Shown here piece by piece: positions 1 to 10,007 of a stretch of 64,000 nucleotides of DNA (position 1 is its first letter; each line of letters begins with the position of its first letter). Source of the DNA: Alphaproteobacteria bacterium (GTDB lineage Bacteria; Pseudomonadota; Alphaproteobacteria; UBA6615); contig CBDFKJ010000009.1 in NCBI GenBank assembly GCA_965248805.1, positions 1,734,297 through 1,798,296 on the forward strand, given 5' to 3'. The notes below the pieces were generated by a model that was not told where the DNA came from, searched no databases, and worked only from the letters and a program-made list of their open reading frames with translations. Both the position numbers and the translations under genes were made by a program.

Positions 1-1320
1 GGGGAGACCGGTATTCCCGCGAACAATCTGCTGCGCCTGGGCCTGAAGGCGATGTACGTGCGCGGCATGGATCGGATTTCGCAGCTCTCTGACGAACTGA
101 AGCTCAGCCAGGGCGTCTGCAATGAGATCGTCCAGGATCTGCGCGATCGCAAGTTGCTCGAGACCATGGGTCTGACTGGCGATTCGGCGAACTCGGAGAT
201 GCGCTTTTCCGTGGCCGCGGCCGGCCGTGAATGGGCGGCCGATGCGCTGGAGCAATCGCAGTACGTTGGGCCGGCGCCGGTGTCGCTCGACGCCTATCAC
301 GCGCAGACCGAGCGCCAGAAACTGATTAACGAGCACATCGATCGCGACAATTTGCACACGGGCCTGGACGGGCTGGTAATCCCCGAGGTCCTGCCGCGCC
401 GGCTCGGTCCGGCGATCAATTCCGGCCGCTCGCTGCTGCTTTATGGCCCACCCGGTAACGGTAAGACCACGGTCGCCGAAGTCATCGGCCGATTGTTCCG
501 CGACACGATCTGTATCCCCTATTGCATGGAGATCGACGGCAAGATCATCAAGATTTTCGATCCCGCCGTTCACATCGAGGCGCCCAGCCCCAGTGGCTCG
601 AAGCTCAGCCTGCTGGCCGACGAGCGCGATCAGCGCTGGGTCCATTGCAAGCGGCCGATCGTGATGGCCGGTGGTGAGCTGACGCTGTCAATGCTTGACC
701 TCAGTTACAATCAAGTCGCCAAGTTCTATGAAGCGCCGCTGCATCTGAAGGCCAATGGCGGCACCTTCATCATCGACGATCTGGGGCGCCAGTTGGTGCG
801 CCCGGACGCGTTGCTCAATCGGTGGATCGTGCCGATGGAGAAGAAGATCGACTACTCGGCGCTCGACACCGGCCGCACCTTTATCATTCCGTTCGACGAG
901 TTCCTGATCTTCTCGACCAATTTGACGCCGGATGATCTGATGGACCCCGCCTTCCTCCGGCGCATCCCGTACAAGGTCGAGATCAAGTATCCTTCGGTCG
1001 ACGAGTTCAAGACGACGTTCCGCGCCATCTGCGAAAAGCGCGGTTTGGAGTACCACGAACCGCTGCTGCTATTCGTCATTGGCGAACTCAAGAACAAGTA
1101 CGATCAGCCGCTGTCGTTCTTCCAACCGAAATTCATCGTCGATCAGATCGTCGCGGCTTGTAAGTTCCAGGGCCGAGCGGTCGAGTTGGATGTCGAGTTG
1201 ATCTCGGACGCGCTGCAGAATCTGACCACCAAGCGCGCGGACGGCGGCAAGAGCAAGTCGCCGTCGTCGGGCCGACTGACGGCCGCGCAGGGCATCACGA
1301 GCGACGCTACTGTCGCCTAG
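1..1320 (+). CDS. AAA+ family ATPase, 5' end outside the window (reading frame open from nt 1)
   Basis: Walker [14 protein letters not shown], Walker B-like FIIDDLG, sensor-1 FSTN and arginine motif PAFLRRIP. Frame is open upstream of the first ATG at 52. Stop TAG at 1318-1320 sits in the CTAG target of the adjacent IS630 copy. Confidence 0.7.
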   Translation, partial: GETGIPANNLLRLGLKAMYVRGMDRISQLSDELKLSQGVCNEIVQDLRDRKLLETMGLTGDSANSEMRFSVAAAGREWAADALEQSQYVGPAPVSLDAYHAQTERQKLINEHIDRDNLHTGLDGLVIPEVLPRRLGPAINSGRSLLLYGPPGNGKTTVAEVIGRLFRDTICIPYCMEIDGKIIKIFDPAVHIEAPSPSGSKLSLLADERDQRWVHCKRPIVMAGGELTLSMLDLSYNQVAKFYEAPLHLKANGGTFIIDDLGRQLVRPDALLNRWIVPMEKKIDYSALDTGRTFIIPFDEFLIFSTNLTPDDLMDPAFLRRIPYKVEIKYPSVDEFKTTFRAICEKRGLEYHEPLLLFVIGELKNKYDQPLSFFQPKFIVDQIVAACKFQGRAVELDVELISDALQNLTTKRADGGKSKSPSSGRLTAAQGITSDATVA

Positions 1321-2075
1321 TGGATTGATTCCAACGTTTGGAACCCTCGGTTTCGGGCTGCGATGATGTCGTCGGGGTCGGCTTTCGATATGAATGGCTG
1401 TGGGTTGGCCGCATTGTATTCGCGGACGAAGCGGTTGATTGCGGCCTGGAGATCGACGACGGAATGGAAGACGCCGTGCTTGAGCCGCCGCCGGGTGAGT
1501 TTTGCGAAGAAGCCCTCGACGGCATTGAGCCACGAGCAGGAGGTCGGTGTGAAGTGGAAAGTCCAGCGCGGATGGCGGGCGAGCCAGGCGCGGACCTTGT
1601 CCTTGTTGTGCGCCGCGTAGTTGTCGACGATCGCGTGGATGGCCTTGTCCGCCGGCACCGTGCGCTCGATGCGGTTGAGGAAGCGGATGAACTCCTGATG
1701 GCGGTGGCGCTGCATGTTCTGGCCGATCACCGTTCCGTCCAGAACGTTGAGCGCCGCAAACAGCGTGGTCGTGCCGTGCCGTTTGTAGTCATGGGTCATG
1801 GTGCCGGCGCGTCCCTTCTTCATCGGCAGACCGGCGGTCGAGCGCCTGGATCTGTGACTTCTCATCGATCGACAACACCACCGCATGGGCCGGCGGGTCG
1901 ACATACAGGCCGACGATATCGGTGAGTTTCTCGGCGAAGGCAGGGTCGGTCGACAGCTTGAAGTTGCGCCAGCGGTGCGGGCTGAGACCGTGAGCCTTCC
2001 AGATCGCCTGCACCGTCGAGGCGGCAATACCGGCCGCCCTGGCGATCGCGCGCAACGTCCAGTGGGTCGCCTCAA
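1317..2075 (-). CDS. IS630 transposase, C-terminal DDE part (downstream frame)
   Basis: [28 protein letters not shown]...DNYAAHN...WLNAVE is typical of the IS630/Tc1 DDE domain. Confidence 0.8.
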   Translation of the reverse strand: MRRPTGRCARSPGRPVLPPRRCRRSGRLTVSARTAGATSSCRPTLPSPRNSPISSACMSTRRPMRWCCRSMRSHRSRRSTAGLPMKKGRAGTMTHDYKRHGTTTLFAALNVLDGTVIGQNMQRHRHQEFIRFLNRIERTVPADKAIHAIVDNYAAHNKDKVRAWLARHPRWTFHFTPTSCSWLNAVEGFFAKLTRRRLKHGVFHSVVDLQAAINRFVREYNAANPQPFISKADPDDIIAARNRGFQTLESIH

Positions 2076-2460
2076 ACGGCGGCGGTTGCTGCGTCAGGCG
2101 CACGATCTCGGCGACACGATCGAGCGGGACCGGCGCCTTGCCGGGCGGACGGGACTTGTCGCGAAGCAGGCCGCCGACACCCTCGTGCATGAACCGCTCT
2201 TGCCAGCGCCACACGCAGGTCTTGGACTTGCCGGTCTCGGTCATGATCGCCGAGGTGCCCAGACCCTCGCCGCTGAGAAGGACAATATGTGCCCGCCAGA
2301 CGTGTTTCTGCGGGCTCTTGGGATCCGCGACGACCGCGCGCAATCGCTGACGGTCGCCGGCGGATAGGGTGAAGGAGATTCCACTGCGCACGCGCCAGAT
2401 TCGCATACCACAGCAAAATACGGAATCCCAATTCGGACTCTTTCATTCCGATCAATCCAC
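1320..2460 (-). mobile_element. IS630-family IS (RS-alpha/ISRj1-like), copy 1, 1141 bp, in a CTAG target with TA duplication
   Basis: Terminal inverted repeats gtggattgat...atcaatccac, flanked by TA at 1318-19 and 2461-62. Two near-identical copies at 25343-26483 and 37256-38396. Confidence 0.85.
1789..2406 (-). CDS. IS630 transposase, N-terminal HTH part (upstream frame)
   Basis: Carries the IS630-type motif ...[11 protein letters not shown]. Overlaps the DDE frame over 1789-2075, so a frameshift joins the two parts. The same arrangement is in all 3 copies. Confidence 0.8.
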   Translation of the reverse strand: MRIWRVRSGISFTLSAGDRQRLRAVVADPKSPQKHVWRAHIVLLSGEGLGTSAIMTETGKSKTCVWRWQERFMHEGVGGLLRDKSRPPGKAPVPLDRVAEIVRLTQQPPPFEATHWTLRAIARAAGIAASTVQAIWKAHGLSPHRWRNFKLSTDPAFAEKLTDIVGLYVDPPAHAVVLSIDEKSQIQALDRRSADEEGTRRHHDP

Positions 2461-2525
2461 TAGCCCGATCGAGTCCTAAGGCTCGCCGCCGAGCGCCCCC
2501 GCCGACGCCTCAATCAAAAACCCGG

Positions 2526-2774
2526 TCAGTGTGTCGCCGCCGGCGGCCGCACGGTGATGCAGGTGCACGGACTTAGATGGGCGACCGTGTGCGCGACGCT
2601 GCCGAACAGCAGCCCTTGAATGTCGGATAGACCGCGCGTGCCCAACACGATCGCGTCGCAGTCGTGGTGGCGGGCGTAGTCGACAATGCGCGCCGCAGGA
2701 TCGCCAATTTCGGCGACTCGGTTCACATCGGTCGCGCCGTGCTGCCGGGCGCGCTCCTCGGCAGCATCCAGCAA
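2526..2774 (-). pseudogene. universal stress protein (UspA family), C-terminal fragment, 5' end removed by an IS5-family insertion
   Basis: ...CDAIVLGTRGLSDIQGLLFGSVAHTVAHLSPCTCITV is a Usp C-terminal half. The coding sequence abuts the IS end at 2776/2777. Confidence 0.6.
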
Positions 2775-2776
2775 CT

Positions 2777-4066
2777 GGAGACCTCCAACAACCGGGGGAT
2801 TTGACGAAGATTTTGGTGTGCTGTCCGACTTTCGCTGAGATCGGCGGTGTTGACGTCCGCAACCATCCGCCGTTTCGTTCTCGGCGGAGGGTTTTGGCGC
2901 TATTCAGGCGGACTCATACCATGGCGGCCCTGCGCTCATGGAAGATCAGACGCTGGAAATTGTAAGCCAGGTTGGCGAGGCCGATCTTGGCCTCCGCCCG
3001 CTTGAGCCCGATGATACGGATGAAAAGGCCCATGCGATCCTTCTGCTGGGCGAAGACGTGCTCCACATGCGCACGGACCGCTGACTTGCGGGCATTGGCC
3101 TGGGCGGTCGCCTTGGGCATGGCCCGGCCCGGCGGCTTCTTGCGGTGGATGTGGGAGACCCGACCCTTGCCGGCCAGCCACGCCTCGTTGGCCTTCGAGC
3201 GATAGGCGCTGTCAGCCCACACGCCGGCGGCCAGATTGTCGCCGGTGACGAGCTGACGCAACATCTTGCCGTCATGGCGGGCGGCATCGGTCACAGCCGA
3301 GCTGCGGATGAAGCCGTAGGCCCGATCGATGACGACATGATTCTTGTAGCCGAACACCGGGATCGCGATGTCGGGCATGCGCCGTTGCGACCCGGCGGGG
3401 TTCTTGCGCCGCCCGGTCTTCACCGTCCACCGCGCATCCGTGTCCTTCTGCGCCGCCTTGGCTGGCTGATCGGGCCAGACCTCGGACGCGCTCTTGCCCG
3501 CCTTGATCGCCCGCTTCTCGTCATCGCTGTGGCGCTGCTTGGGCGCCGATACCAACGTCGCATCGACGATCTGCCCGCCCATCGCCAGATAGCCGCACCG
3601 GCGCAATTCGCCATCGAAGGCGGCAAACAGCTTATCCATCGCCCCGGCCCGGACCGGACGCTCGCGAAAGGTCCATATGGTGTTGCGGTCCGGCGTCGGC
3701 GCTCCGAGATCGAAGCCTAGGAAGCGAAGCCAGCTCAAGCGATCGCGGATCAGAAACTCCATCCGCTCGTCACTCACCGTGTGCCGCGCGGCCAGGATCA
3801 GAACCTTGAGCATCGCCACCGCATCGTAGGCCGGGCGGCCACCTTTCGATCCGTCCGAATAGCCCAGCGCCGCCTCAAGCGGCGCGCGGAAAATCTTGAA
3901 GTCGACGACCTTTGCCAGCACCTCCAACGGATCACCCGTCGCCGAAAGCTTTCGAAGATGATCCGGTAAGCCGAACAGACCAGCCTGCCTCATCAATACC
4001 TCCTCAAACCGAACCGCCGTAGAGAATCACAACGAGGCAAAATTCACGAGGTAAATGGAGGCGTCC
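2777..4066 (-). mobile_element. IS5-family IS (1.29 kb), copy 1, with no target-site duplication
   Basis: Ends GGAGACCTCCAACAACCGG... and ...AAATGGAGGCGTCC. Same element as 12661-13951, 40468-41758 and 63610-end. The 4-bp flanks differ (aact versus aggt). Confidence 0.85.
2914..3993 (-). CDS. IS5-family DDE transposase (DUF772-type N-terminus)
   Basis: 359 aa, MRQAGLFGLPDHLRKL..., near-identical to the copy at 12735..13814. Confidence 0.9.
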   Translation of the reverse strand: MRQAGLFGLPDHLRKLSATGDPLEVLAKVVDFKIFRAPLEAALGYSDGSKGGRPAYDAVAMLKVLILAARHTVSDERMEFLIRDRLSWLRFLGFDLGAPTPDRNTIWTFRERPVRAGAMDKLFAAFDGELRRCGYLAMGGQIVDATLVSAPKQRHSDDEKRAIKAGKSASEVWPDQPAKAAQKDTDARWTVKTGRRKNPAGSQRRMPDIAIPVFGYKNHVVIDRAYGFIRSSAVTDAARHDGKMLRQLVTGDNLAAGVWADSAYRSKANEAWLAGKGRVSHIHRKKPPGRAMPKATAQANARKSAVRAHVEHVFAQQKDRMGLFIRIIGLKRAEAKIGLANLAYNFQRLIFHERRAAMV

Positions 4067-4118
4067 AGGTGTTGATCCGGCGCCGACCGAGCTGCGATTT
4101 CGTGGCCGTTCGATTCGC

Positions 4119-4823
4119 TTGAAGTGGCACAAGCTGCGGCAACGCGGCGACGACGCGCCATTCTCGCGCGCCAATCTCCGACGCGGGCTCGCCGCCGGCC
4201 CTTGCATCGAAATCGGCCTGCGTCGTCTGGCCAGCGGCGAGTTCGTCTGCCTGCACGACGACCGGCTCGAGAGCGAGACGACCGGCAGCGGGCCGGTCAA
4301 TGCCGCCGACCGCGGCGCGGTCAGCCGGCTGCAGATGCGAGACGGGCCGCACGAGACGCCGCTATTCCTGGACCAAGCCTGCGCAATCATGCGCAGTGAG
4401 CCGGTGCACGCCTCAGCGCTGCTTCATCTCGACCTCAAGATCGGTGCTTCGGAGATCGACGATCGCGCGTGCCAGGACTTCACGGCGATCGCGGACGGTC
4501 TTGGCCGACAAATGATTTTGGGCGGCGACGATCGCCAGGCGCTATCGCAGTTGGGCCGCCAGGTGGCCGGTCTCATCTTCGGCTACGATCCCACAGACGC
4601 GGTCGTTGCGGGGGAAGGCGACGTACTTGACCTGGTCGCGCGCCATGCGCCAGACGCCCATTCGGTCTATCTCCACCGCGGTCTGGTGCGCGCAGTGCGA
4701 CGGCGCGGCGATAGGCTCGTCGGAGCGTTGCAGGATCGCGGCTACTGGGCAGATTGCTGGACCATCGACCACGGCGACCCGGGAGGGGCGGAGGATCTGC
4801 TGGCCGCGCTGGAGGCGGGGTGA
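4119..4823 (+). CDS. glycerophosphodiester phosphodiesterase (GDPD) family protein, possibly 5'-truncated
   Basis: QRGDD...IEIGLRR...GEFVCLHDDRLESETTGSG fits the GDPD HRG/E-x-D/HD core. The start is only about 50 bp from the IS5 end and only a few residues precede the H-R-G region. Confidence 0.45.
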   Translation: MKWHKLRQRGDDAPFSRANLRRGLAAGPCIEIGLRRLASGEFVCLHDDRLESETTGSGPVNAADRGAVSRLQMRDGPHETPLFLDQACAIMRSEPVHASALLHLDLKIGASEIDDRACQDFTAIADGLGRQMILGGDDRQALSQLGRQVAGLIFGYDPTDAVVAGEGDVLDLVARHAPDAHSVYLHRGLVRAVRRRGDRLVGALQDRGYWADCWTIDHGDPGGAEDLLAALEAG

Positions 4824-5022
4824 GACCAGATCACGACCAACACGCCGCGCGAATGGGCCGACACGAATCTGGAGCGGCTGGCCGCGGATGTCGAGCATTC
4901 GCTGGCCTGAGGCCCGATCGCCGCACGGGTTGGGTGGCTTGGGCCCCGCCTTTCAATAGGTTGAATCTTGCCACTGCGCAGGAAGGTCCCTACACACTTC
5001 CTGCACTTATTGACGCATTGAA

Positions 5023-5109
5023 GCGGGCGTGGCGGAACTGGTAGACGCGCTGGATTCAAAATCCAGTGGCCGCAAGGCTGTGGGGGTTCGATTCCCTTCG
5101 CCCGCACCA
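5023..5109 (+). tRNA. tRNA-Leu (anticodon CAA), type II with long variable arm, encoded CCA
   Basis: Acceptor gcgggcg/cgcccgc, anticodon stem ctgga/tccag with loop ttCAAaa, extra arm tggccgcaaggctgt, T-loop ttcgatt, discriminator A then CCA. Confidence 0.85.
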
Positions 5110-5274
5110 CTCTTTTGGCCCGTGGCCCTGCTGGTCCAGCCCACCGTAAATCCCAATGTCTTGGGCGGCGAGCGGGCGTTGGTGGTCGCAGTGGTTGGTT
5201 TACGTGATCCATCTCTGCACAACGGCAACGGACGCGGGCCTTCCTTTGTCGCGAAACCGAGTGACGTCGAGAGA

Positions 5275-5562
5275 TCATGGAGCCGTCGGACTGGAGCCGG
5301 CCGCGTCACCGCGAATCTTTTTGAACGAAGTCTCGATCAGCTCCTTAGCACCGCTTGCATACAGGACTGACATGAACTCAAGCATGTTGGCCGCGGGTCC
5401 GAGAAACTGCCATTTGCAGTCGTTGGCAAAGGTGCACTTGTCGAAATCCACTGGCATGAACCCGCTGAAAAGGAGCGTGCAGCCATTGAACTGGCAAGAG
5501 CTAAAGGATGCTCCGTCGAGATTGATCCTTCGGTTTTTGAACGTGCGATTTTCGGCGATCAT
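5275..5562 (-). CDS. hypothetical small protein (95 aa) in the reduced-GC segment downstream of the tRNA
   Basis: Intact ORF in a region of lower GC than its surroundings. No recognisable motif. Confidence 0.3.
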   Translation of the reverse strand: MIAENRTFKNRRINLDGASFSSCQFNGCTLLFSGFMPVDFDKCTFANDCKWQFLGPAANMLEFMSVLYASGAKELIETSFKKIRGDAAGSSPTAP

Positions 5563-5728
5563 GACCTGTCCTCCGATTGCGTGGCGAAGTGGCTGGAAAA
5601 GCTAGTCTGGCGTGCCTGACGGCCCGGTGCCCGGGACCGCCAAGGTGTCCTCGCCGGCGTGGCCAAGCCTGACCAACTGGTGGATGGCCCGCAAACCGAT
5701 CCTCCAATTACGATCCGGTTCACCTGCG

Positions 5729-6391
5729 TCAAATATTTCGGCGACGTCCACGACGATGCACTAACTTCCGACCCGGACCACTCAATGGGGGGCGATCAGC
5801 CCTTTGTGGCAGGCTGGCGTTTGCCCACCCAGTCAAAATGTACTTTTCATCGGTCATGCTAATTTGACCACGATGCGTATAGGAAAAATGAGCAGGGAAA
5901 ATCAAAATCTTCCCTTTTTTGGCCTCACAGATGTATTCCTGATGCAGAAATTCTGTGCCGCCGTCTGGTACATCATTCAGGTACAAAATAAAAACGAGAT
6001 GCCTATCTATATAATCTCCCATAGCATCACAATGCCAAGAGTGATACCCGCCTCCCGGTCTGTAATATTGAATATGAGGAAGTGCTTTGAATTCAACCGG
6101 CTGTCTCCAGGATGCGTTTGTATCGGTGTAATATTTGGGAATCAGGTCGCTAAATTGCCTCATAACGGAACTGTATCCACATACATTCGGGGACGGTATG
6201 AGTGGATTGTCTTGAGGGAGAGTTGCTACAGTAAGGTCCTCACTGTCTTTTACTTTTTTATCGACTTTATATCTGCCAGTAAGGCCGGGGCTGGTAAATC
6301 CCAACTTTTTAGCTGCCTCAAATAAGTCGATTAATTTGCCGCAGATGCTAATGTCACTCAAGTAATACTCCCTAACGAAATTCATTTTCAT
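5729..6391 (-). CDS. putative 2OG-Fe(II) oxygenase-like protein (TIGR02466/2OG-FeII_Oxy_5-like), low-GC foreign gene
   Basis: Possible H-x-D...H triad (YHSWHCD ... FPAHFSYTHRG). About 38% GC between 5870 and 6391 against about 64% around it. The 3' end of the ORF runs into GC-rich DNA, so the native stop is uncertain. Confidence 0.55.
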   Translation of the reverse strand: MKMNFVREYYLSDISICGKLIDLFEAAKKLGFTSPGLTGRYKVDKKVKDSEDLTVATLPQDNPLIPSPNVCGYSSVMRQFSDLIPKYYTDTNASWRQPVEFKALPHIQYYRPGGGYHSWHCDAMGDYIDRHLVFILYLNDVPDGGTEFLHQEYICEAKKGKILIFPAHFSYTHRGQISMTDEKYILTGWANASLPQRADRPPLSGPGRKLVHRRGRRRNI

Positions 6392-6680
6392 TCAAATCCG
6401 CCATCGAGTCCCAACCCACCTCGCGCATTCGGCGATTGGGCTTGTTGTTGCGCAACGGCAATCCGATTTTCCTGTAGATCCTGTACACGCGTATCGCATT
6501 GACCCGTCGTCCCGCGGATCGGTGTCGATGGCGAGCATGTTGCCCAGCCGGGACTATGGTTGCAACAAGTTCGCCTTGACGCCAGCGGTATGGAGGTCCG
6601 CACTGGCTTTGAAGCCGCCGCCTGCCCGGCGGGTCGGTCTTTGATCCGCTTGGAGGTGATGGAGTCGGCGATCGGCGGCT

Positions 6681-7385
6681 TTGGAGCAACCGTTGAATTC
6701 CTCTGAGGCTCAGAAGGTCAGGGTGACGGTCGATGCCGCCCAGAGCGTTTCCGGCCTGCTGCTGGTGCCGGCGCAGGCGCGGTGCTGTTATGTACTGGCG
6801 CACGGGGCCGGGGCGGGCATGACCCTCCCATACCTGGAAGCCGTGGCGGCAGAACTTGGCGAGCGCGGCATCGCGACGTTGCGCTATCAGTTCCCGTACA
6901 TGGAGCGAGGCGGGAAGCGGACCGACCGTCCTGCTGTCGCGTGCGCGACGGTCCGCGCTGCGGTCATCGAGGCCAGCCAGCTCGTTCCGAGTCTCCCACT
7001 TGTGGCCGGGGGCCGGTCGTTCGGCGGCCGCATGACCTCGCTGGCGCAAGCCACGGCGCCTCTGCCGGGTGTTCGTGGGCTCGCCTTCCTTGGATTTCCG
7101 CTCCATCCGGCGGGTCGCCAGTCCGACGAGCGCGGCAAGCACCTGTTCGATGTCCAGATCCCAATGCTGTTTCTGCAGGGCACGCGGGATAGGCTCGCCG
7201 ACCTTGAACTTCTCCAGCCGCTAGCCGACCGCCTTGGCAAGCGGGCCAATCTCGAGTTGGTGCAGGAAGCCGACCACTCCTTCCATGTACCGGTGCGCAC
7301 GGGACGCCGGGACGCGGAGGTCAGAGGCGAGCTGCTGGATACCCTCGCGGCGTGGATCGCGACCGTTCTCCTACGCCCGGTCTAA
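6681..7385 (+). CDS. alpha/beta hydrolase family protein (dienelactone-hydrolase-like)
   Basis: Nucleophile elbow GGRSFGG, HGAGAG near the N-terminus, later D and H. 234 aa. Confidence 0.7.
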   Translation: MEQPLNSSEAQKVRVTVDAAQSVSGLLLVPAQARCCYVLAHGAGAGMTLPYLEAVAAELGERGIATLRYQFPYMERGGKRTDRPAVACATVRAAVIEASQLVPSLPLVAGGRSFGGRMTSLAQATAPLPGVRGLAFLGFPLHPAGRQSDERGKHLFDVQIPMLFLQGTRDRLADLELLQPLADRLGKRANLELVQEADHSFHVPVRTGRRDAEVRGELLDTLAAWIATVLLRPV

Positions 7386-7474
7386 CGCTCGGTAGTGGCT
7401 TGTCTTTGCTTCAACGCTTCGAAACACTTCGTTTCCCCGAGGGCGGTAGGATCGGGTGATGGTGCACGCGCGCA

Positions 7475-9994
7475 ATGCGGCGGAACGGCATAGTGAAAAA
7501 AAACCGGACACTCACAAAGTACCGCAGCAAGCGAGACTTCGCGCGGACGCCGGAACCTAGCGGAACCGCTGATGCGGCTGAGGGTTCGATGTTTGTCGTC
7601 CACAAACACGCCGCCCGGCGGCTCCACTATGATCTTAGATTGCAGTTCGGCGATGTGCTCAAGAGCTGGACCGTCACGAAGGGCCCCAGTCTCGATCCGA
7701 CGATCCGGCGGCTCGCGGTGCACGTCGAGGAGCATCCCTTGGAGTACACGGATTTCGAGGCCGTGATTCCGCAGGGTCAGTACGGGGCCGGCGCCATGAT
7801 CGTCTGGGATCGAGGGGTCTGGGCGCCTATGGGCGACCCTGTCGAGGACTTCAAGCGCGGCACGCTGAAATTTCGCCTGGCCGGCGAGCGGCTCAAGGGC
7901 GGCTGGACGCTGGTGCGGATAAAATCCGAAGCCGCGAACAACTGGCTTCTGATCAAGGAGTATGACGACTACGCCCGCCCGGAGAACGAAGGCGATATCC
8001 TCGATGACGCACAAGATAGCGTTATCTCGGGCCGAACGGTCGAGGAGATGGCGGACTCGGCGCGCGCGCCGAAGCGGCGGACCCGACTGCGGCCAGGCGC
8101 GCTGCCCGGCGCGGTCCGTGGCGACAACGGCGGATACCAGGCGCCACAATTGGCGACGCTTTCCACATCAGTGCCCGCCGGTGGCGACTGGTTGCATGAG
8201 ATCAAGCTCGACGGCTACCGAACGATTGCACGCGTTCAGCGAGGCCAGGCGACACTGTTCACCCGGAATGGCCATGACTGGACCGAGCGGTACGGCGACC
8301 TTGCGATGGTGTTTGAGGACTTGCACTGCAAGCGCGCCGTGATTGACGGCGAAATCGTGGTCCAGGACGCGGCGGGCAAGTCCAGCTTTTCCGCGCTGCA
8401 AGAGGCGCTGGCGTCCGGCTCGAACGAGAGGTTTGTTTTCTACGCATTCGATCTGCTGCATGCCAACGACTACGATCTGACCAGCGTGCCTCTGGCCGCG
8501 CGCAAGGAAGCACTCGGCAAGCTGGTTGAGCCGCACGTGGGACCCACTTCGCCACTGCAGTTGAGCGGCCATGTGGTCGGAAGTGGCGCCGACTTCTACG
8601 CCCAGGCGCAACGCATGCGACTGGAGGGTGTCGTGTCGAAGAGGCTGGATGCGGCCTATAGATCCGGTCGGAGCAAGGCTTGGGTCAAGACCAAATGCAC
8701 CAACACCGACGAATTCGTCATCGTCGGATACACGATGACCAAAGCGGCGGGCGGGCTTGCCGCACTCTTGCTCGCCGAGGCCGACGCCGAGCGCCTTAAA
8801 TACGTTGGGAAAGTCGGTACGGGCTTCTCCGAAGCGGAGGCCTCGCGGTTGGCGAAGCGCCTGCGCGCAATCGAACGGAAAACGCCCGCGGTTCGCGTGG
8901 GCCCAGGCGCTGCGATCGCCTCCAGCACGACTTGGGTCAAACCGGTTCTGATGGCGGAAGTGGAGTTCGCGACGCGCACTAAGGAGGGTGCGCTGCGTCA
9001 TGCCGTGTATCGCGGGCTCAGGCCCGACAAGCTGCACTCGGAACCGATCCGTCCCGCGTCGTCCGGCCGGCGAAAGTATGTCACGGACGCCGATCTCGCT
9101 TCCGTATGGGTCACCAATCCCGATCGTGTCATGTTCGGGCGCGGCGGACCGACCAAGCTCGATCTGGCTCTGTACTATGCGCAAGTGGGTGACTGGATGT
9201 TGCCTGAACTGTTGCGTCGGCCCATTTCCCTGGTGCGTTGCCCTTCGGGCAAGGTGGAGGATTGCTTCTTTCAGCGCCATGCCGGTCCGGGTATGCCAGA
9301 CGAGATCGGGCGCATACGGATCCGCGAAGAAGGCTCACAGGAGAGGGGCGACTACTTGTACATCGCAGATGCGCGAGGCCTGTTGGCGCTGGCTCAATTC
9401 GGTGTCGTCGAGTTCCATGTGTGGGGCTGTCGCGTCGACAAGCCGGAGCGGCCGGACCGGATGGTTTTCGATCTTGATCCGGATGAAAGCCTGCCGTGGA
9501 GCTCGGTTGTGCAAGCCGCATTCGAGGTCCGCGAGGCCTTGACGGATCTGGGCCTTGTGCCGTTCGTCGAGACGACCGGGAGCAAGGGCCTTCATATCGT
9601 CGTGCCGTTGCGGCGTAAGTACGCCTGGCGCGACGTTCACGAATTCAGCGGGGCGGTCGCGCGCATGCTGGTGCGGCGCGCGCCAAGCCGGTTTACCGAC
9701 ATGGCCGGGAAGCGGCACCGACATGGCAGGGTGTTCATCGACTATCACCGAAACGCGCGGACCTCGACGACCGCCGCTGCGTATTCCCTGCGTGCGCGGC
9801 CCGGCGCCCCGGCGTCGCTGCCGATGCAATGGTCCGACCTGAGCGCCATCGACGACCCGCTCGACTTGAACTATGCTACAGTACCGGAACTTGCTTCGAC
9901 CGGCGCGGATCCGTGGGCGGATATCGACGGGGTGGCGTGTTCGATAACTAGTGCCATGCGGCGGGCCGTCAGAGACCAGAGTGGGGCAGACTGA
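7475..9994 (+). CDS. ligD: ATP-dependent DNA ligase D (NHEJ; phosphoesterase + ligase + polymerase/primase domains)
   Basis: PE domain KRDFARTPEP...HKHAARRLHYDLRLQ; ligase KxDG motif EIKLDGYR; C-terminal primase-polymerase domain. 839 aa. Confidence 0.9.
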   Translation: MRRNGIVKKNRTLTKYRSKRDFARTPEPSGTADAAEGSMFVVHKHAARRLHYDLRLQFGDVLKSWTVTKGPSLDPTIRRLAVHVEEHPLEYTDFEAVIPQGQYGAGAMIVWDRGVWAPMGDPVEDFKRGTLKFRLAGERLKGGWTLVRIKSEAANNWLLIKEYDDYARPENEGDILDDAQDSVISGRTVEEMADSARAPKRRTRLRPGALPGAVRGDNGGYQAPQLATLSTSVPAGGDWLHEIKLDGYRTIARVQRGQATLFTRNGHDWTERYGDLAMVFEDLHCKRAVIDGEIVVQDAAGKSSFSALQEALASGSNERFVFYAFDLLHANDYDLTSVPLAARKEALGKLVEPHVGPTSPLQLSGHVVGSGADFYAQAQRMRLEGVVSKRLDAAYRSGRSKAWVKTKCTNTDEFVIVGYTMTKAAGGLAALLLAEADAERLKYVGKVGTGFSEAEASRLAKRLRAIERKTPAVRVGPGAAIASSTTWVKPVLMAEVEFATRTKEGALRHAVYRGLRPDKLHSEPIRPASSGRRKYVTDADLASVWVTNPDRVMFGRGGPTKLDLALYYAQVGDWMLPELLRRPISLVRCPSGKVEDCFFQRHAGPGMPDEIGRIRIREEGSQERGDYLYIADARGLLALAQFGVVEFHVWGCRVDKPERPDRMVFDLDPDESLPWSSVVQAAFEVREALTDLGLVPFVETTGSKGLHIVVPLRRKYAWRDVHEFSGAVARMLVRRAPSRFTDMAGKRHRHGRVFIDYHRNARTSTTAAAYSLRARPGAPASLPMQWSDLSAIDDPLDLNYATVPELASTGADPWADIDGVACSITSAMRRAVRDQSGAD

Positions 9995-10007
9995 AGAGGA
10001 ATAAACT

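Noticed and set aside
3145-3720. 191-aa ORFs antisense to the IS5-family transposase (repeated at 13008..13583 and 40566..41390)
   Set aside because: They recur only because the IS recurs. Arg/Gly/Pro-rich translation is typical of the GC antisense frame.
6372-7142. 256-aa minus-strand ORF overlapping the alpha/beta hydrolase
   Set aside because: It overlaps a gene with a clear nucleophile-elbow motif. Arg-rich GC-frame artefact.
8168-9280. 370-aa ORF on the minus strand inside ligD
   Set aside because: Antisense to a well-supported ligD. The composition is that of GC-rich third-position bias, with no motifs.
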